DNA of 64,000 bases from an uncultured virus (IMG/VR IMGVR_UViG_3300044613_002265). Its lineage: Duplodnaviria; Heunggongvirae; Uroviricota; Caudoviricetes. The position numbers and the translations under genes are program-made. The stretch lies in the IMG/VR virus record IMGVR_UViG_3300044613_002265; one strand, written 5' to 3'. Positions 1 to 9,901 of this stretch are shown one piece after another. The notes beneath the pieces are model-generated. The model worked only from the letters and a program-made list of their open reading frames with translations. It was not told the DNA's origin and ran no database searches. Positions within the stretch are counted from its first letter, which is position 1; the number at the start of each line of letters is the position of its first letter.

Positions 1-454
1 CCGCCGCTTCGGCCACGACCGTTCGCTTCGCCATCTTCACGAGATCGCGAACGTACCACTCGTTGCCAGAGTCCCAGACTTCGTCGAACGTCTTGCCAGC
101 GAAGCGACCCTCGCGAAGGACGAACTTCTTCGCCGACTTGTCGGCCTCGTCGAGCAGGCCCGGAATGGGATCAATGAGCCACGTCGTCATGCACCACCAG
201 CCGCACATGACTCGCCACTGCGGCTTGCCGCCGATCTTTACGACCTCGACGAGGTCGATGACTTGCAGTCCGCACTTCTCGCACGAGACGTGGCCCTCGA
301 TGGAGAGCATGAACCCTGCGGGCGGCTCAGGCGGCGGCTCCCAGGCCTTGGGGGCCGTAGGCTCCTCGGCCTGCCGCTTTCGTGCGGACTTCTTTTTCTT
401 GCCGTCCTCGTCCTCGATCGGAGCGATGTCGAACAGAAGGTCATTCGCGGGCAT
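1..454 (-). CDS. Hypothetical protein, 3' end outside the window; CxxC plus a G-R-F-A-G-K-T-F-D-E-V...W-Y motif (DUF3820/QSregVF_b-like)
   Basis: Translated by hand from ATG at 454: MPANDLLFDIAP...SCEKCG...EGRFAGKTFDEVWDSGNEWYVRDLVK; frame stays open to the window edge; not in the ORF track because it has no stop. Confidence 0.7.
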   Translation of the reverse strand, partial: MPANDLLFDIAPIEDEDGKKKKSARKRQAEEPTAPKAWEPPPEPPAGFMLSIEGHVSCEKCGLQVIDLVEVVKIGGKPQWRVMCGWWCMTTWLIDPIPGLLDEADKSAKKFVLREGRFAGKTFDEVWDSGNEWYVRDLVKMAKRTVVAEAA

Positions 455-1190
455 TGAGAACCTCCTCGATCCACTCTTTGTGGGCACTGATTCGCGTGTG
501 GGCCGACTCCTCGCCCATCTTTGCCGTTGCCGTCCGTCCCGCGACCATCAGAAACGAGTTGATGCCAGCGAGATCGTTGCCGAGAAACAGGCCGCCGCCT
601 GAGTCGCCCGGGGAGATCAGGAACTCCAGTTCTGTCCTGCGGTTCGAGTCCACGGAGCAGATCAGTAGGTCTCGGTCGGCACGGTCGACCACGTTGGAGC
701 CTGCCCGTTTTTTGCCGTCGCAGACCACGGCGCCTGTTTTGAACGTGCCCGTCAGCCCGTAGCCAGCGATGGCGGCGACCCGTCCAGGCTCGTCCTTGAG
801 CCCGTGCAAGGCAGGGTAGAAGTCCAGCGTGAACGGCTCCGAGACTCTCCCGATCGCCAAGTCTCCTTCACTGAGTTTCTTCTGCTTGAAGTCAGGATGC
901 GAGACGATCTCGGCGATCTCGCGCTTCGATCCGTCGTCGCACAGCACGAACCAGCCGTCGCAGTCAGCGACGACATGCGCGGCTGTGATCACAAACCTCG
1001 GCGAGATGATCACGCAACTGGCGGTCTGCTCGCAGTCGGTCTTGATGTTTCGGCACACGAGTTTTGCGACGCACTTGAACTTGTCGCCGTACTCACGGTG
1101 CCGTTCATCGTCCTTGCGTGGGTCGATCGTGCCAGCGATCGCGACGATCGCGACGGCGAGTAGCGGGATGGCGATCAATTTGAGTTTCAT
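441..1190 (-). CDS. Secreted trypsin-like (S1) serine protease
   Basis: Signal-peptide-like MKLKLIAIPLLAVAIVAIAG; catalytic motifs ITAAHV, GDLAI and PGDSGGG; ATGA overlap with the helicase stop. Confidence 0.9.
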   Translation of the reverse strand: MKLKLIAIPLLAVAIVAIAGTIDPRKDDERHREYGDKFKCVAKLVCRNIKTDCEQTASCVIISPRFVITAAHVVADCDGWFVLCDDGSKREIAEIVSHPDFKQKKLSEGDLAIGRVSEPFTLDFYPALHGLKDEPGRVAAIAGYGLTGTFKTGAVVCDGKKRAGSNVVDRADRDLLICSVDSNRRTELEFLISPGDSGGGLFLGNDLAGINSFLMVAGRTATAKMGEESAHTRISAHKEWIEEVLNARE

Positions 1191-3715
1191 AGCGGCAAAT
1201 CCATGCGGTAGCGGTATCCGTCGTCGACGAACATGAAATCCTTCTTGGCCCTCGTGACCGCCACGTAGGCCACGCGGCACTCCTCGTCGTGCAAGTCAGC
1301 CAGGGCGTTGCGAGACCGCTCGACGCTCGGGCTCGTGATCGACGACAGGATCACCGTGTCGGCCTCCAGGCCTTTGGCGCCGTGAATCGTCGACAGCCGG
1401 ATAGGCGGGTTCGTAGCGACCTCCTCGCCGTAGCGAGTTGCCGTGTCCAGCCAAATCCTCGCCCGATCGGCTGACTTGGGCTCGATCGCCAGATGCCAGC
1501 GGCCCTGCGAGATCAGCGTTGCCAGCGACGGCGTGACGCCGATCAGTTCGTAGTCGTCTGTCGTTGGACGAATCAGATCGACGTGCGACATCTTGCCGCT
1601 CTTCCATGCCGTCTTGGTGCCGCGAGTGAGCAGTTCGCCATGCTCGCCGCTCTTCACAGCGATCGCCTGGACGGCGTTCGCCCAGTCGTCGCCCGAGATC
1701 GTTTGTCCGTGCTGGAGTCCCCACAGGGCCGCGTATCCAGACAACGTAGAAGAGCCGGAGGTCTTGTCGATCCACAGGTACGGCATGCCTTTGGCCTGGA
1801 GGATCGCCTCGTACTCTTCGAGCGAGTAGGCACAGCGTCCCAGGATGAGGGCCGACGTGTTGGCCGACAGGCGAGACAGGGCCTCCTCGGCACTGCCGAC
1901 GCGGCTCACGGAGCCGTCGTGCCCGGCGTGCTGGATTTGACGGTCCCGGTATCCCTTCGTCATCTGCCGCAGGCAGGCCTCGCCCAGGGCCAGGACTTGC
2001 CGTGGGCAGCGGTAGGACCGTTGCATGGTCGACTCGGTCGCCTCCCAGGACATGAAGTGCGTGTAGTCGCCCCCGGCAAAACTGTGGATCGAGTTGCCTG
2101 TGACAACACCGCTTGTTGTCACGTACGTGTGATGCTTGTGAACATTCATGCTCCAGACTCGGACTTTCTCGCCAGCGGGAAGCCTCCTGCACGCCACGAC
2201 CTCAACCCACTCGCACCGCCTTGCTGTGATTCCCCGGCCGGGGTCGGTCATCTTCGGAACGTAGTGGATTCCAGGCAGCAAGTTCGATGCGTGAACGAGC
2301 CTGCTCGCATGATGCCCGTTCTTGCAACGGTCGGCCTTCTCGCAAAGAGGAGATTCAGCGTCGAGGCCGTGGTCTCTCAGACACCTACAGCCGCTGGCAG
2401 TCAAGTCTCCAAGCGACTCGAACACTGCCTCTATGTATCCCTTGTCGAGATTGCTCCTGCCTCCTGAGACTGGACGAAACGTGACCTGCGGTATGCCGTA
2501 CTTACACGAGACGATCTGCTCGTAGCATCTGGCCTCGCGGTCTGTCTCGAAGACGCCAAGAATCCACGCGCGTTTAGCGTCCTCTTGATTCATACGCATC
2601 TTGAGCCTGAACGATCCGTTCCTGTCGGAAGTCTTTCCGGCAAACATCTGGACGGTCCCGACTCTCCAGCGGCCGTCGCGAGACATGAGGTACGTTGCGA
2701 ACGCATTTTTCTTTCCGCGAGTCCTGACGACCCATTTGTGGCTGTCCGTGGAGACGTGCTTCGTACCGTCGGCGAGCGTGATTTCGATCAGACTAGAAGA
2801 GTCAACTTCGCGGTTTGCGATCTCGAAGCCATTCGCACCGTAGAACCTGCCTTCCCTGCGGCTGAACGAGACGAGTTTGTCCGTCGACGGGTCGAGGTCT
2901 TCGATATTCTTGTATCCAGACAACGTCAGGACAGGCGTTCCGGCTGGCTGGCATTGGTACGGGTCGCCACACAGCCAGATTCGCTCGATCGTCGGACTCG
3001 CGGCGAGCCGCTTGCAGACGAGATCGACGAGGGTCGACGAGTCCTGGGCCTCGTCGATCGCCAGGACACGAAGCCCCTCGGGCACGTCGCCCTCGGGCTC
3101 GACCCGGTACGGCCCGTCCACCGTGTAGCGGACGCCCGCGAACCTGGAAATCACGTCCGTGAAATCGAGACGGTCGTGGGCCTTCTTGGCGTTCTCGTAC
3201 TTCTCGATCGTGCGACGGGCGTCGGCGAGTGTCGGCGTTTCCTCGCCGCACAAGTCCCACCGTGCCAGGATCGACTGGACGCTGGTCATCTTGCTGCGAG
3301 CCAGTTCCCAGGCCTTCAGCGAGAGCGGGATCGACTTGTCGTCGCCCTCGCCTGAGATGTACTGCCGCTCGCCGCGACCGTCGATCCTCGTGCTGATCAC
3401 GCCCCCGACGGAGTCCGAGACGAACTGGTCGCCGTCGCGGCCCTGGATGAGTTGCCCGTCGGCCACGCTGACCTGACGGTAGGCGATCGCGTGGGCCGTC
3501 CGGAACCAGCCGTGGCTCGTAAGGGCGTCCACGTCGACGTTCCACTCAGCGGCAGCCCGCCCAGCGATCTCGGCCCTGCCTGCCCTCGTGAAGGTGCAGA
3601 AGCCGATCTCGTGGACGCCCAGGCCCAGTTCCCGCTTGGCCTGGGAGAGCCGATCGAGGATCAGCCTCGTCTTCCCAGTGCCAGCCCCGCCGATTGCTCG
3701 CTCTACCGTCGCCAT
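1187..3715 (-). CDS. UvrD/Rep-like SF1 helicase, interrupted by an intein
   Basis: GGAGTGKT Walker A, IDEAQD Walker B, GDPYQ|SIHSF motif III split by the intein, SYRCP, STIHGAKGLEAD, YVAVTRAK. Confidence 0.93.
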   Translation of the reverse strand: MATVERAIGGAGTGKTRLILDRLSQAKRELGLGVHEIGFCTFTRAGRAEIAGRAAAEWNVDVDALTSHGWFRTAHAIAYRQVSVADGQLIQGRDGDQFVSDSVGGVISTRIDGRGERQYISGEGDDKSIPLSLKAWELARSKMTSVQSILARWDLCGEETPTLADARRTIEKYENAKKAHDRLDFTDVISRFAGVRYTVDGPYRVEPEGDVPEGLRVLAIDEAQDSSTLVDLVCKRLAASPTIERIWLCGDPYQCQPAGTPVLTLSGYKNIEDLDPSTDKLVSFSRREGRFYGANGFEIANREVDSSSLIEITLADGTKHVSTDSHKWVVRTRGKKNAFATYLMSRDGRWRVGTVQMFAGKTSDRNGSFRLKMRMNQEDAKRAWILGVFETDREARCYEQIVSCKYGIPQVTFRPVSGGRSNLDKGYIEAVFESLGDLTASGCRCLRDHGLDAESPLCEKADRCKNGHHASRLVHASNLLPGIHYVPKMTDPGRGITARRCEWVEVVACRRLPAGEKVRVWSMNVHKHHTYVTTSGVVTGNSIHSFAGGDYTHFMSWEATESTMQRSYRCPRQVLALGEACLRQMTKGYRDRQIQHAGHDGSVSRVGSAEEALSRLSANTSALILGRCAYSLEEYEAILQAKGMPYLWIDKTSGSSTLSGYAALWGLQHGQTISGDDWANAVQAIAVKSGEHGELLTRGTKTAWKSGKMSHVDLIRPTTDDYELIGVTPSLATLISQGRWHLAIEPKSADRARIWLDTATRYGEEVATNPPIRLSTIHGAKGLEADTVILSSITSPSVERSRNALADLHDEECRVAYVAVTRAKKDFMFVDDGYRYRMDLPL
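2093..2953 (-). mobile_element. Intein (about 287 aa) in helicase motif III with an internal GIY-YIG-like endonuclease
   Basis: Begins CQPAGTPVLT, ends HTYVTTSGVVTGN followed by Ser+1; removing it restores GDPYQSIHSF. Confidence 0.9.
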
Positions 3716-3873
3716 GCTTGTTTCCCTCCGTGGATGAATGAGACCCAGAAACTGTTCAAGTACCGTCCAAGTTCTTGTCTATATAGGAGACCTAACTCTA
3801 TATCTGATAACGCTTTACTCCCGTTTCTGACTTGTAGACTTCTACTTTTGCTTTCATAGTCCTAATTATTTCC

Positions 3874-5496
3874 CTATATAGAGCCGGAAAGACGTTCGAG
3901 GGCCTCCAGATGATGGTCGCGGAGAATGAACCAGCGTGACGATCCTCCGTCGAACCGCTTCGCGTCGGTCTCGAAATCCTTCTCTCCGACCTCTTCGAGG
4001 ACGAGCCTCTTCAGGGGTCGCGTGATTTTCTGCCCAGGCTGCTGGAGTCCACGCTTTCTCCACGCGGCGTACACGGCCTCGTTCCACTTCAGCCACAGAC
4101 CCCAGCGGCCCTTCTTGTCCTGAATCCACTTCGGCACGCCGGAGTGGTTCGGGAGACGGTCGCTCTCGCTCTCGCCGCCCTCGGTCTTGGCGAACCCAAA
4201 ACGGAGGTACTGGTACAGAATCTGGGCGTGGTTGACCGCTTCGTTGGCCTCGATCGGAGGAATCTCGCGATCGGCGTCGTCGAACAGTTTGCACTTCAGG
4301 CCACGGATCGTCCGCCAGCCTCCGTCCTCGTTACGGAGGTTCTCTCCGTCCCAGGTCTTCGCCCAGCGGGCCGGGTTCGGATCAAGCACGTCGACGCTCT
4401 TCGTGGCCTCCAGAATCGCCACGGCGACGTCTCGTGATCTCGTGATCTCGTCGGCGTCTAGCAGGACGGCCACGCTCCGTCGCGGGTTGCTGGGCGACGG
4501 GACATGAAGTTTGTATTCAGGCGGGTCGCTCTCGACGATCGTGAGCCGCCACGCTCCTGGCTCCCAGCATCCGTCCTCGTGGTTCCAGGCGAGGCCGTAT
4601 CGCTCGAACGGACGCTTGGACTTCCGCTCGATCTGCTTCTGCTGGTAGTGCAGAAACTGGTCTTTCGCGATCTTCACGACCTCGTCCTGGCTCTTCGGTG
4701 GCTGACATCTCGCGGCGTTCGCCCCTTCGAGCAGGGTAGCGACCATCTTGAGGTTGGCCGTCGTGTATTCTCCGACGCGAGCGCAGAGCCAACTGGCCGC
4801 GCCAACCAAGAACGCATGCCGTCCGCCTTCCTTGACGGCCTCGTCGCCTCCGAGAGTCTCGCGAGCCTGGGCCACGAGGCCTGAGCCCTTCCTCTTCGAC
4901 GAGTCGAGGATCGCCGCCATGAAGGCGTCTGGCAGGACGGCCGGATTGCAGTCGTCTGGACTCTTGCCTGGCAACCACTGGTACTGCTTGCCACTTTTGT
5001 GCCACGACGGCGGAATCACCGACTGGCTCGCGGCGTCGCCGCCGCCGATGCGGACCTCCAGGCCCTCAACCTTGACGACACCAGCGTCGGGCAGGCCGAT
5101 CGAGTACTGGAAAATCCGATGCTCGCCACGTCCGCTGGAGTACGTGGGCGTGTCGATCGTGTGCAGGCCGTACCGTTTCAAAACTTGCTCGGCCTCCGGC
5201 GAGTCAAACTCGACGTCGATCACGCCCGAAGAGGCCCCGAGCCTGACGCCGAAGTTCGAGCGGGTGTGTTCCTCGACGTCTTCGAGCCACGACCAGATTT
5301 GCGACTCGTCGTCAGTGGCTCGATCAGGCCAGCCGCCGCCGCCGTGCGGATGCTTCCCAGGCGTTGGGCAGTCAGGACGCCCGCACGTACAGGTGAAGTT
5401 GTCCCTGACGCCCCAGAGCCTGACGATCTTCCCGCCCCTGGCAGCAAGCGACGAGACTTCGGAAAAGATGCGATCTGCGTTGTAATCGTAACTCAC
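3874..5496 (-). CDS. Bifunctional primase-polymerase (Prim-Pol) with PriCT-like domain
   Basis: CTCGRPDCPTPGKHP, NFGVRLG, VIDVEFD, SGRGEHRIF, VIPPSWHKSGKQYQW, EGGRH; GGAGG upstream of GTG at 5496. Confidence 0.88.
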   Translation of the reverse strand: MSYDYNADRIFSEVSSLAARGGKIVRLWGVRDNFTCTCGRPDCPTPGKHPHGGGGWPDRATDDESQIWSWLEDVEEHTRSNFGVRLGASSGVIDVEFDSPEAEQVLKRYGLHTIDTPTYSSGRGEHRIFQYSIGLPDAGVVKVEGLEVRIGGGDAASQSVIPPSWHKSGKQYQWLPGKSPDDCNPAVLPDAFMAAILDSSKRKGSGLVAQARETLGGDEAVKEGGRHAFLVGAASWLCARVGEYTTANLKMVATLLEGANAARCQPPKSQDEVVKIAKDQFLHYQQKQIERKSKRPFERYGLAWNHEDGCWEPGAWRLTIVESDPPEYKLHVPSPSNPRRSVAVLLDADEITRSRDVAVAILEATKSVDVLDPNPARWAKTWDGENLRNEDGGWRTIRGLKCKLFDDADREIPPIEANEAVNHAQILYQYLRFGFAKTEGGESESDRLPNHSGVPKWIQDKKGRWGLWLKWNEAVYAAWRKRGLQQPGQKITRPLKRLVLEEVGEKDFETDAKRFDGGSSRWFILRDHHLEALERLSGSI

Positions 5497-5521
5497 GAAT
5501 GAACCCTCCATGGTAGAGACG

Positions 5522-5560
5522 AAAAAACGAAAAAGCGGCCCCCTCGCCGTGTCGCTTTTT
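5522..5560 (-). terminator. Hairpin flanked by A/T tracts, probable intrinsic terminator
   Basis: AAAAAGCGGC...GTCGCTTTTT inverted repeat between the SSB-like and Prim-Pol genes. Confidence 0.5.
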
Positions 5561-5615
5561 GACGGCGTATGCACGGCGAGGGGTGCGGGAAGGAGAAAAA
5601 CCCGAGCCGCCTAGA

Positions 5616-6413
5616 TCAGAACGGGACGTCGTCCGTCGACGAGGCGACCGACTGCGACCGCGAGACACGGTCCTCAACCGGCGGGCACACGACGTTGGTC
5701 ATCGTGTCCGTGAACCGACTCTTCGCGAGCAGGCCAGTCTGCTCGTCGACGGAGCCGACTGACTTGGCGACAAGGACGGCGTAGTCCGCCCTGGCGCCCT
5801 TCCGCTTCTCCAGGGTCAGTTCCACGATCGCTCGGAAGTGGAACAGGCCCTCGGCCGTGATGCCCCGCAGGAGATCGTCGACGGCCCGCAGGCTCGTCGA
5901 ACTCACCCGCACGAACACCGGCTGATTGTCCTCCTCGCGGAGAACGCCCAGCACGCGGCTGGACTTGGCACGCGGCGGCTTCGAGCCCGCCCCACGGCCC
6001 TGCCACTGGAAGTAGGAAATCTTCCGGCAGTCATAGGTGCCGTCGGCCCGCTTCGCCGCCTCGATCACGTTCGGATCGAGGTCGCCGTAGTCGCTGCCGA
6101 CCTTGTGGGCCGTCGCACCGTCGAGCGAGACGAGCAGCGGCCTGCTGCCGCTCGTGGCGTCAGCATGCGGCCACAAGACTTGCTCAGTCTTGCTGACGAC
6201 GACGAGCAAGCCCGTGATCGCCTTCTCACTGAACTCAGCACCGGCCTTGTTTGACCACGACCATCGTGTCGCGCCGCCGGTGGGGATTTTGACCCACGTC
6301 AGGTCACTGCTGCGAAGCGCCGCGCCGCCGAGATTGGCTTCGAGGAGAGCCGCCGCAGCGTTGCCCTCTTCGAGGGCACGGAACGAACCGACAACCGACA
6401 GACCATTGCTCAT
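5616..6413 (-). CDS. ssDNA-binding/annealing-type protein
   Basis: Acidic-aromatic C-terminal tail STDDVPF typical of SSBs; lies between the RecE-like nuclease and Prim-Pol. Confidence 0.6.
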   Translation of the reverse strand: MSNGLSVVGSFRALEEGNAAAALLEANLGGAALRSSDLTWVKIPTGGATRWSWSNKAGAEFSEKAITGLLVVVSKTEQVLWPHADATSGSRPLLVSLDGATAHKVGSDYGDLDPNVIEAAKRADGTYDCRKISYFQWQGRGAGSKPPRAKSSRVLGVLREEDNQPVFVRVSSTSLRAVDDLLRGITAEGLFHFRAIVELTLEKRKGARADYAVLVAKSVGSVDEQTGLLAKSRFTDTMTNVVCPPVEDRVSRSQSVASSTDDVPF

Positions 6414-6447
6414 TTTTGAGCCTCCGTAAGGAATCGTATCCAGACAA

Positions 6448-7305
6448 CTAAAACACCAACTCTTGCACGGCGTGATACGAAGCGGGCACGTAGATGCCCG
6501 TCTCGCGTCGGGTGCGGACTGCATCCAGCGTCCGCTTGATCTCGTCGGCGGCCCTTGCCAGCACGTCGCCCGGCAGCGTCACGACCTTGACATTGAACGG
6601 CGCGAAGGTCTGCACGACGATGAAGGGGAAATCGAACGGCTCGAAGCCAGCCACGCGGGCGGCGTCGGCATACCAGACGGCCTGCCAGTCGTAGCCGAAG
6701 CGGAGGAAACTCCACTTCAAGTCTCGCCACTCGCTGCTCGTGGTCTTGAGGTCGAACCACCCTCGCGGCGTGACGCCGTCGGCTCGGGCCTTGCGGGCGT
6801 GACCGTCAGAGTCCGTCCAGAACACGCTGTACTGGGAGTGCGTCGCGGCTTCGACGAGGGCCTTGGCAGCGTCATGCTCGTAGATCGAGGCGATGATGTC
6901 CTGAACTTTCGCGTAGTCTGTGGCGTTGCACTCGCAGAACCCAGCGGGCAGCGTCGCCTTCCACTCTTGATATGCCTTTCCTCGCCGTGAACCGTCCGAC
7001 GCCAGCACGTTATCCGGCGGCACGGCGACCTGGGACCGCCAGTCAACGCCACGCATCTCGGCCCCGCAGGCCACGTCGACGATCGTGCCGAAGCCCGTGC
7101 TTGAGTTGCCACCGAAGAGCGAGCCGCCCTGCTCGGCGTACCGTTGCGACCGACCGCCCATGTCGTCGTCGGCGTAGCGGTGCGCCGTCGAGCGGCTGAT
7201 GTGGTGCTTCTCGGCGTGGTAGGCCTCGTTCGGCATGTCCACGTCGATGAACGGCGCGTTCTTCGTGTCGATGACGCCGGGAAGCGTGTCCGTACTAACA
7301 ATCAT
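6448..7305 (-). CDS. RecE/exonuclease VIII-like PD-(D/E)xK nuclease (DUF3799-like)
   Basis: MPNEAYHA...ISRS N-terminus, KARADGV...FDLKTT, FGYDWQAVWY. Confidence 0.88.
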   Translation of the reverse strand: MIVSTDTLPGVIDTKNAPFIDVDMPNEAYHAEKHHISRSTAHRYADDDMGGRSQRYAEQGGSLFGGNSSTGFGTIVDVACGAEMRGVDWRSQVAVPPDNVLASDGSRRGKAYQEWKATLPAGFCECNATDYAKVQDIIASIYEHDAAKALVEAATHSQYSVFWTDSDGHARKARADGVTPRGWFDLKTTSSEWRDLKWSFLRFGYDWQAVWYADAARVAGFEPFDFPFIVVQTFAPFNVKVVTLPGDVLARAADEIKRTLDAVRTRRETGIYVPASYHAVQELVF

Positions 7306-8663
7306 GCGGGAACCCTCCGTGTGAGCCGCGAGTACACAGCCTCGGCGACGTCCCTTTTTTCTTGCAACGCTCGATAGATCGCCTCGTCGACCGTGTTCTC
7401 GGCGACGAGATGATAGAACCGGCACGGCCGAGTTTGCCCCGGCCGACGGATTCGTGCCGTCGACTGCTCGAAGTCACCGAGCGAGTGCGACAGCGAGTAG
7501 TACAGGCAGTAGCACGACCGCGTCATGTCGACGCCGACGCCGCCAGCCTGCTGCTGCACTACCAGGGCAGTTGTATCGCCACGCTGCCATTGGTCAAGAG
7601 ATTTTTCTCGGCCTGAGAGTTCCGACGACGAGCGACCCAGTTCACGAAGCACGTCACGGCATGCGTCGAGATCAGAGATGAACTTGCAGAAGATCACGAC
7701 GGGCTCATTCGCAGGCAGGCACTCAAGCCACTCTCGCAACGCCTCTCGCTTGGGGTTCTTCGACGAGACGGGCACGAGTTGTCCTTCGCTCGTCACGGCG
7801 AAGCCAGACGTCGCCTGCTGGAGTTTTCCGATGACGACGAGTTTGTTCGCTGCCGTCACGGTCTCGCCCGTATCGAGGGTGGCGACCATCTCGTCCTCGA
7901 TCGCCTCGTAGTATTTTCTCGCGTCCGCAGGCAATGACACGACGATGTCAGTGTGAATGGCATCTGGCAGGGTCAAGACTTGATCGGCCGTGACTCGATA
8001 GACATGCGGATCAAGTCTCTTGCTCAGGGCCTGGATCGCCTCGGGCTTGAAATCAATGACCCACGCCGGGTGACGGGGATGCGTGTTCGCGATTCGCGAC
8101 CGGAACGCCGTGTACGAGCCGCCGAGAATCTCGGGATTCAGGAAGCGGAACTGGGCCCACCAGTCCAGCGGCGAGTTGGGGCACGGCGTGCCAGACAGGC
8201 AGATTCTCTTGGCGTTCTTGTGCCTGGCGGCGAGTTTTGCGAGCCATCGCGACCGCTTTCCAGACGGGCTCTTCACAAGGTGCGACTCGTCCAGCACGAT
8301 GGCGTCCCACTGCACGGCCTCGATCTGCTTGCCAAGTTCGCCCCGCCAAACGGCGTCGTAGTTGGTGACCACGACGAACCGATTGTCTCGGGCTGCGACC
8401 TTCTCGACGGCCTTGGCTCTCGCCTTCGACGAGCCGTCGACGACGAGGCACGTCTCGCGGCCTGAGTCCCACAGGCCGACTTGCTTGACCCAGGCGGGCC
8501 CAACGGCGATCGGGCAGCAGACCAGCACTCGCTGGCAGGCACGCATCGCGATCAGGCAAGCGCCGGTCTTGCCTGTTCCCATGTCGCCGTTGAGATACGC
8601 CCACAGTCGCTGAGTGATCCAGTCGGCCTCGTCGAGTTGGTGCGGCCACGGCTCAAGCGGCAT
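7302..8663 (-). CDS. SNF2-family (SF2) helicase
   Basis: DMGTGKT, VLDESH, LSGTP, GGVGVDMT, QSTARIRRPGQ. Confidence 0.93.
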   Translation of the reverse strand: MPLEPWPHQLDEADWITQRLWAYLNGDMGTGKTGACLIAMRACQRVLVCCPIAVGPAWVKQVGLWDSGRETCLVVDGSSKARAKAVEKVAARDNRFVVVTNYDAVWRGELGKQIEAVQWDAIVLDESHLVKSPSGKRSRWLAKLAARHKNAKRICLSGTPCPNSPLDWWAQFRFLNPEILGGSYTAFRSRIANTHPRHPAWVIDFKPEAIQALSKRLDPHVYRVTADQVLTLPDAIHTDIVVSLPADARKYYEAIEDEMVATLDTGETVTAANKLVVIGKLQQATSGFAVTSEGQLVPVSSKNPKREALREWLECLPANEPVVIFCKFISDLDACRDVLRELGRSSSELSGREKSLDQWQRGDTTALVVQQQAGGVGVDMTRSCYCLYYSLSHSLGDFEQSTARIRRPGQTRPCRFYHLVAENTVDEAIYRALQEKRDVAEAVYSRLTRRVPA

Positions 8664-8997
8664 CGTTTTCGTCCTCCTCCCAGTACACGTCGATCGACAG
8701 TTCTTCCTGCTCGCACCGTGCGAACTCTTTGGCGTCGCCGATTGCTGCCCAGCACTCAGCCGCGTCCTGCCACGAGGCCAGGGCCATGGCGCCGAGCCCC
8801 GCCTTCCGGTAGCAATTCGCCGACTTCTCGTACTTACGAGCCGCGCGACGGTACTGCCGGTAGTGCTTCGGCGTCAGCGGCTGTCCGCCGCCGCCGTCTT
8901 CGAGGTCGTCGGCCGCCTCGCTGATCAGCCTGTCGCCCGTCGCGATCCACGACTGCCGATGCTTCGAGAACGGCCAGGAGAACTTGTTCTTGTCCAT
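8653..8997 (-). CDS. Hypothetical helical protein
   Basis: Overlaps the SNF2 start; typical coding composition. Confidence 0.55.
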   Translation of the reverse strand: MDKNKFSWPFSKHRQSWIATGDRLISEAADDLEDGGGGQPLTPKHYRQYRRAARKYEKSANCYRKAGLGAMALASWQDAAECWAAIGDAKEFARCEQEELSIDVYWEEDENDAA

Positions 8998-9008
8998 TGG
9001 TACGCCTC

Positions 9009-9290
9009 CTAGTTGAGTTCCGGTTTCACGAAATACAGGGCCTTCGCTGCCTCCTGCCAGTCGATCTCGTCGAAGGCCCTGAGCAGGATCGAGTGAGCGA
9101 AGTCAGGCGCCCGGACTTTCATCATGGAGAGCAGGCACGTCGCCTGTATGGACTTGGCGAGGTAGGCCTCACGTTCAGACGCCGAGAGCGACTGCGTGTC
9201 GGCATCGGCGAGCCACTTCCTGGCCCGCTCTGCGAAGGCTTCGTGCTTGCGGAACTCGTCGACGATGACCTGGGTATACGTGTCGAGCAT
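9009..9290 (-). CDS. Hypothetical protein
   Basis: MLDTYTQVIV... preceded by AGAAAGGA. Confidence 0.55.
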   Translation of the reverse strand: MLDTYTQVIVDEFRKHEAFAERARKWLADADTQSLSASEREAYLAKSIQATCLLSMMKVRAPDFAHSILLRAFDEIDWQEAAKALYFVKPELN

Positions 9291-9336
9291 GTCCAGAATC
9301 CTTTCTGTTCTGCGAGAGAGTGTGTCCGTACAAAAA

Positions 9337-9594
9337 CTACCGATACCGACTGGCGATCGTCTGAATCGCAGAGACATATGAGTCGAGCGTGGCAGCGATG
9401 TGCGACTTCGCTTCGGCCTCTTTTTCAAAGACTTTCTCGAAGCACAAGACTCGCAGCCTTCCGTCTTCTCGCCGCCGCACGAGACGGTCTGCCCCGCTCA
9501 CGACGTCGGCTTGGTAAAGTTCGGTTACTGCCACCCGTTCGCTGGTCGATATCCCAGCCCAGGCGACCCACACTGAGCGTCCATCAGCGAGCAT
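9337..9594 (-). CDS. Hypothetical protein
   Basis: Tightly packed, overlapping operon arrangement. Confidence 0.55.
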   Translation of the reverse strand: MLADGRSVWVAWAGISTSERVAVTELYQADVVSGADRLVRRREDGRLRVLCFEKVFEKEAEAKSHIAATLDSYVSAIQTIASRYR

Positions 9595-9901
9595 TTTTCT
9601 TCCCCTTTCGTTTCTTGCCGAGAATCTTATGGGGCCTCGGCACCAGCCCCGCCGGGCTTTTTCGTCGCCCGGCGATATGCAAGACAGCGTACTGGCCGTC
9701 GCGGTCTGTAGCGTTGATCCACTCGCAGGAGCCTTTCGCGCAGTGCGAGTGGAACGTGTACGGACCTCTGGCCTTCACGGCGACTTTCTCGCCGTTTGGG
9801 CCTTTCCAGTACGGCCCTCCCGACGCCCGAAACGTATCGCCGCGAGCCAGCACAACTCGCTCGCTGACGCGATACGTTTCGGAGACGACAATCTTCATCA
9901 T
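9584..9901 (-). CDS. Hypothetical basic protein
   Basis: MMKIVVSETY...; ATGA coupling to the upstream gene. Confidence 0.55.
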   Translation of the reverse strand: MMKIVVSETYRVSERVVLARGDTFRASGGPYWKGPNGEKVAVKARGPYTFHSHCAKGSCEWINATDRDGQYAVLHIAGRRKSPAGLVPRPHKILGKKRKGKKNAR

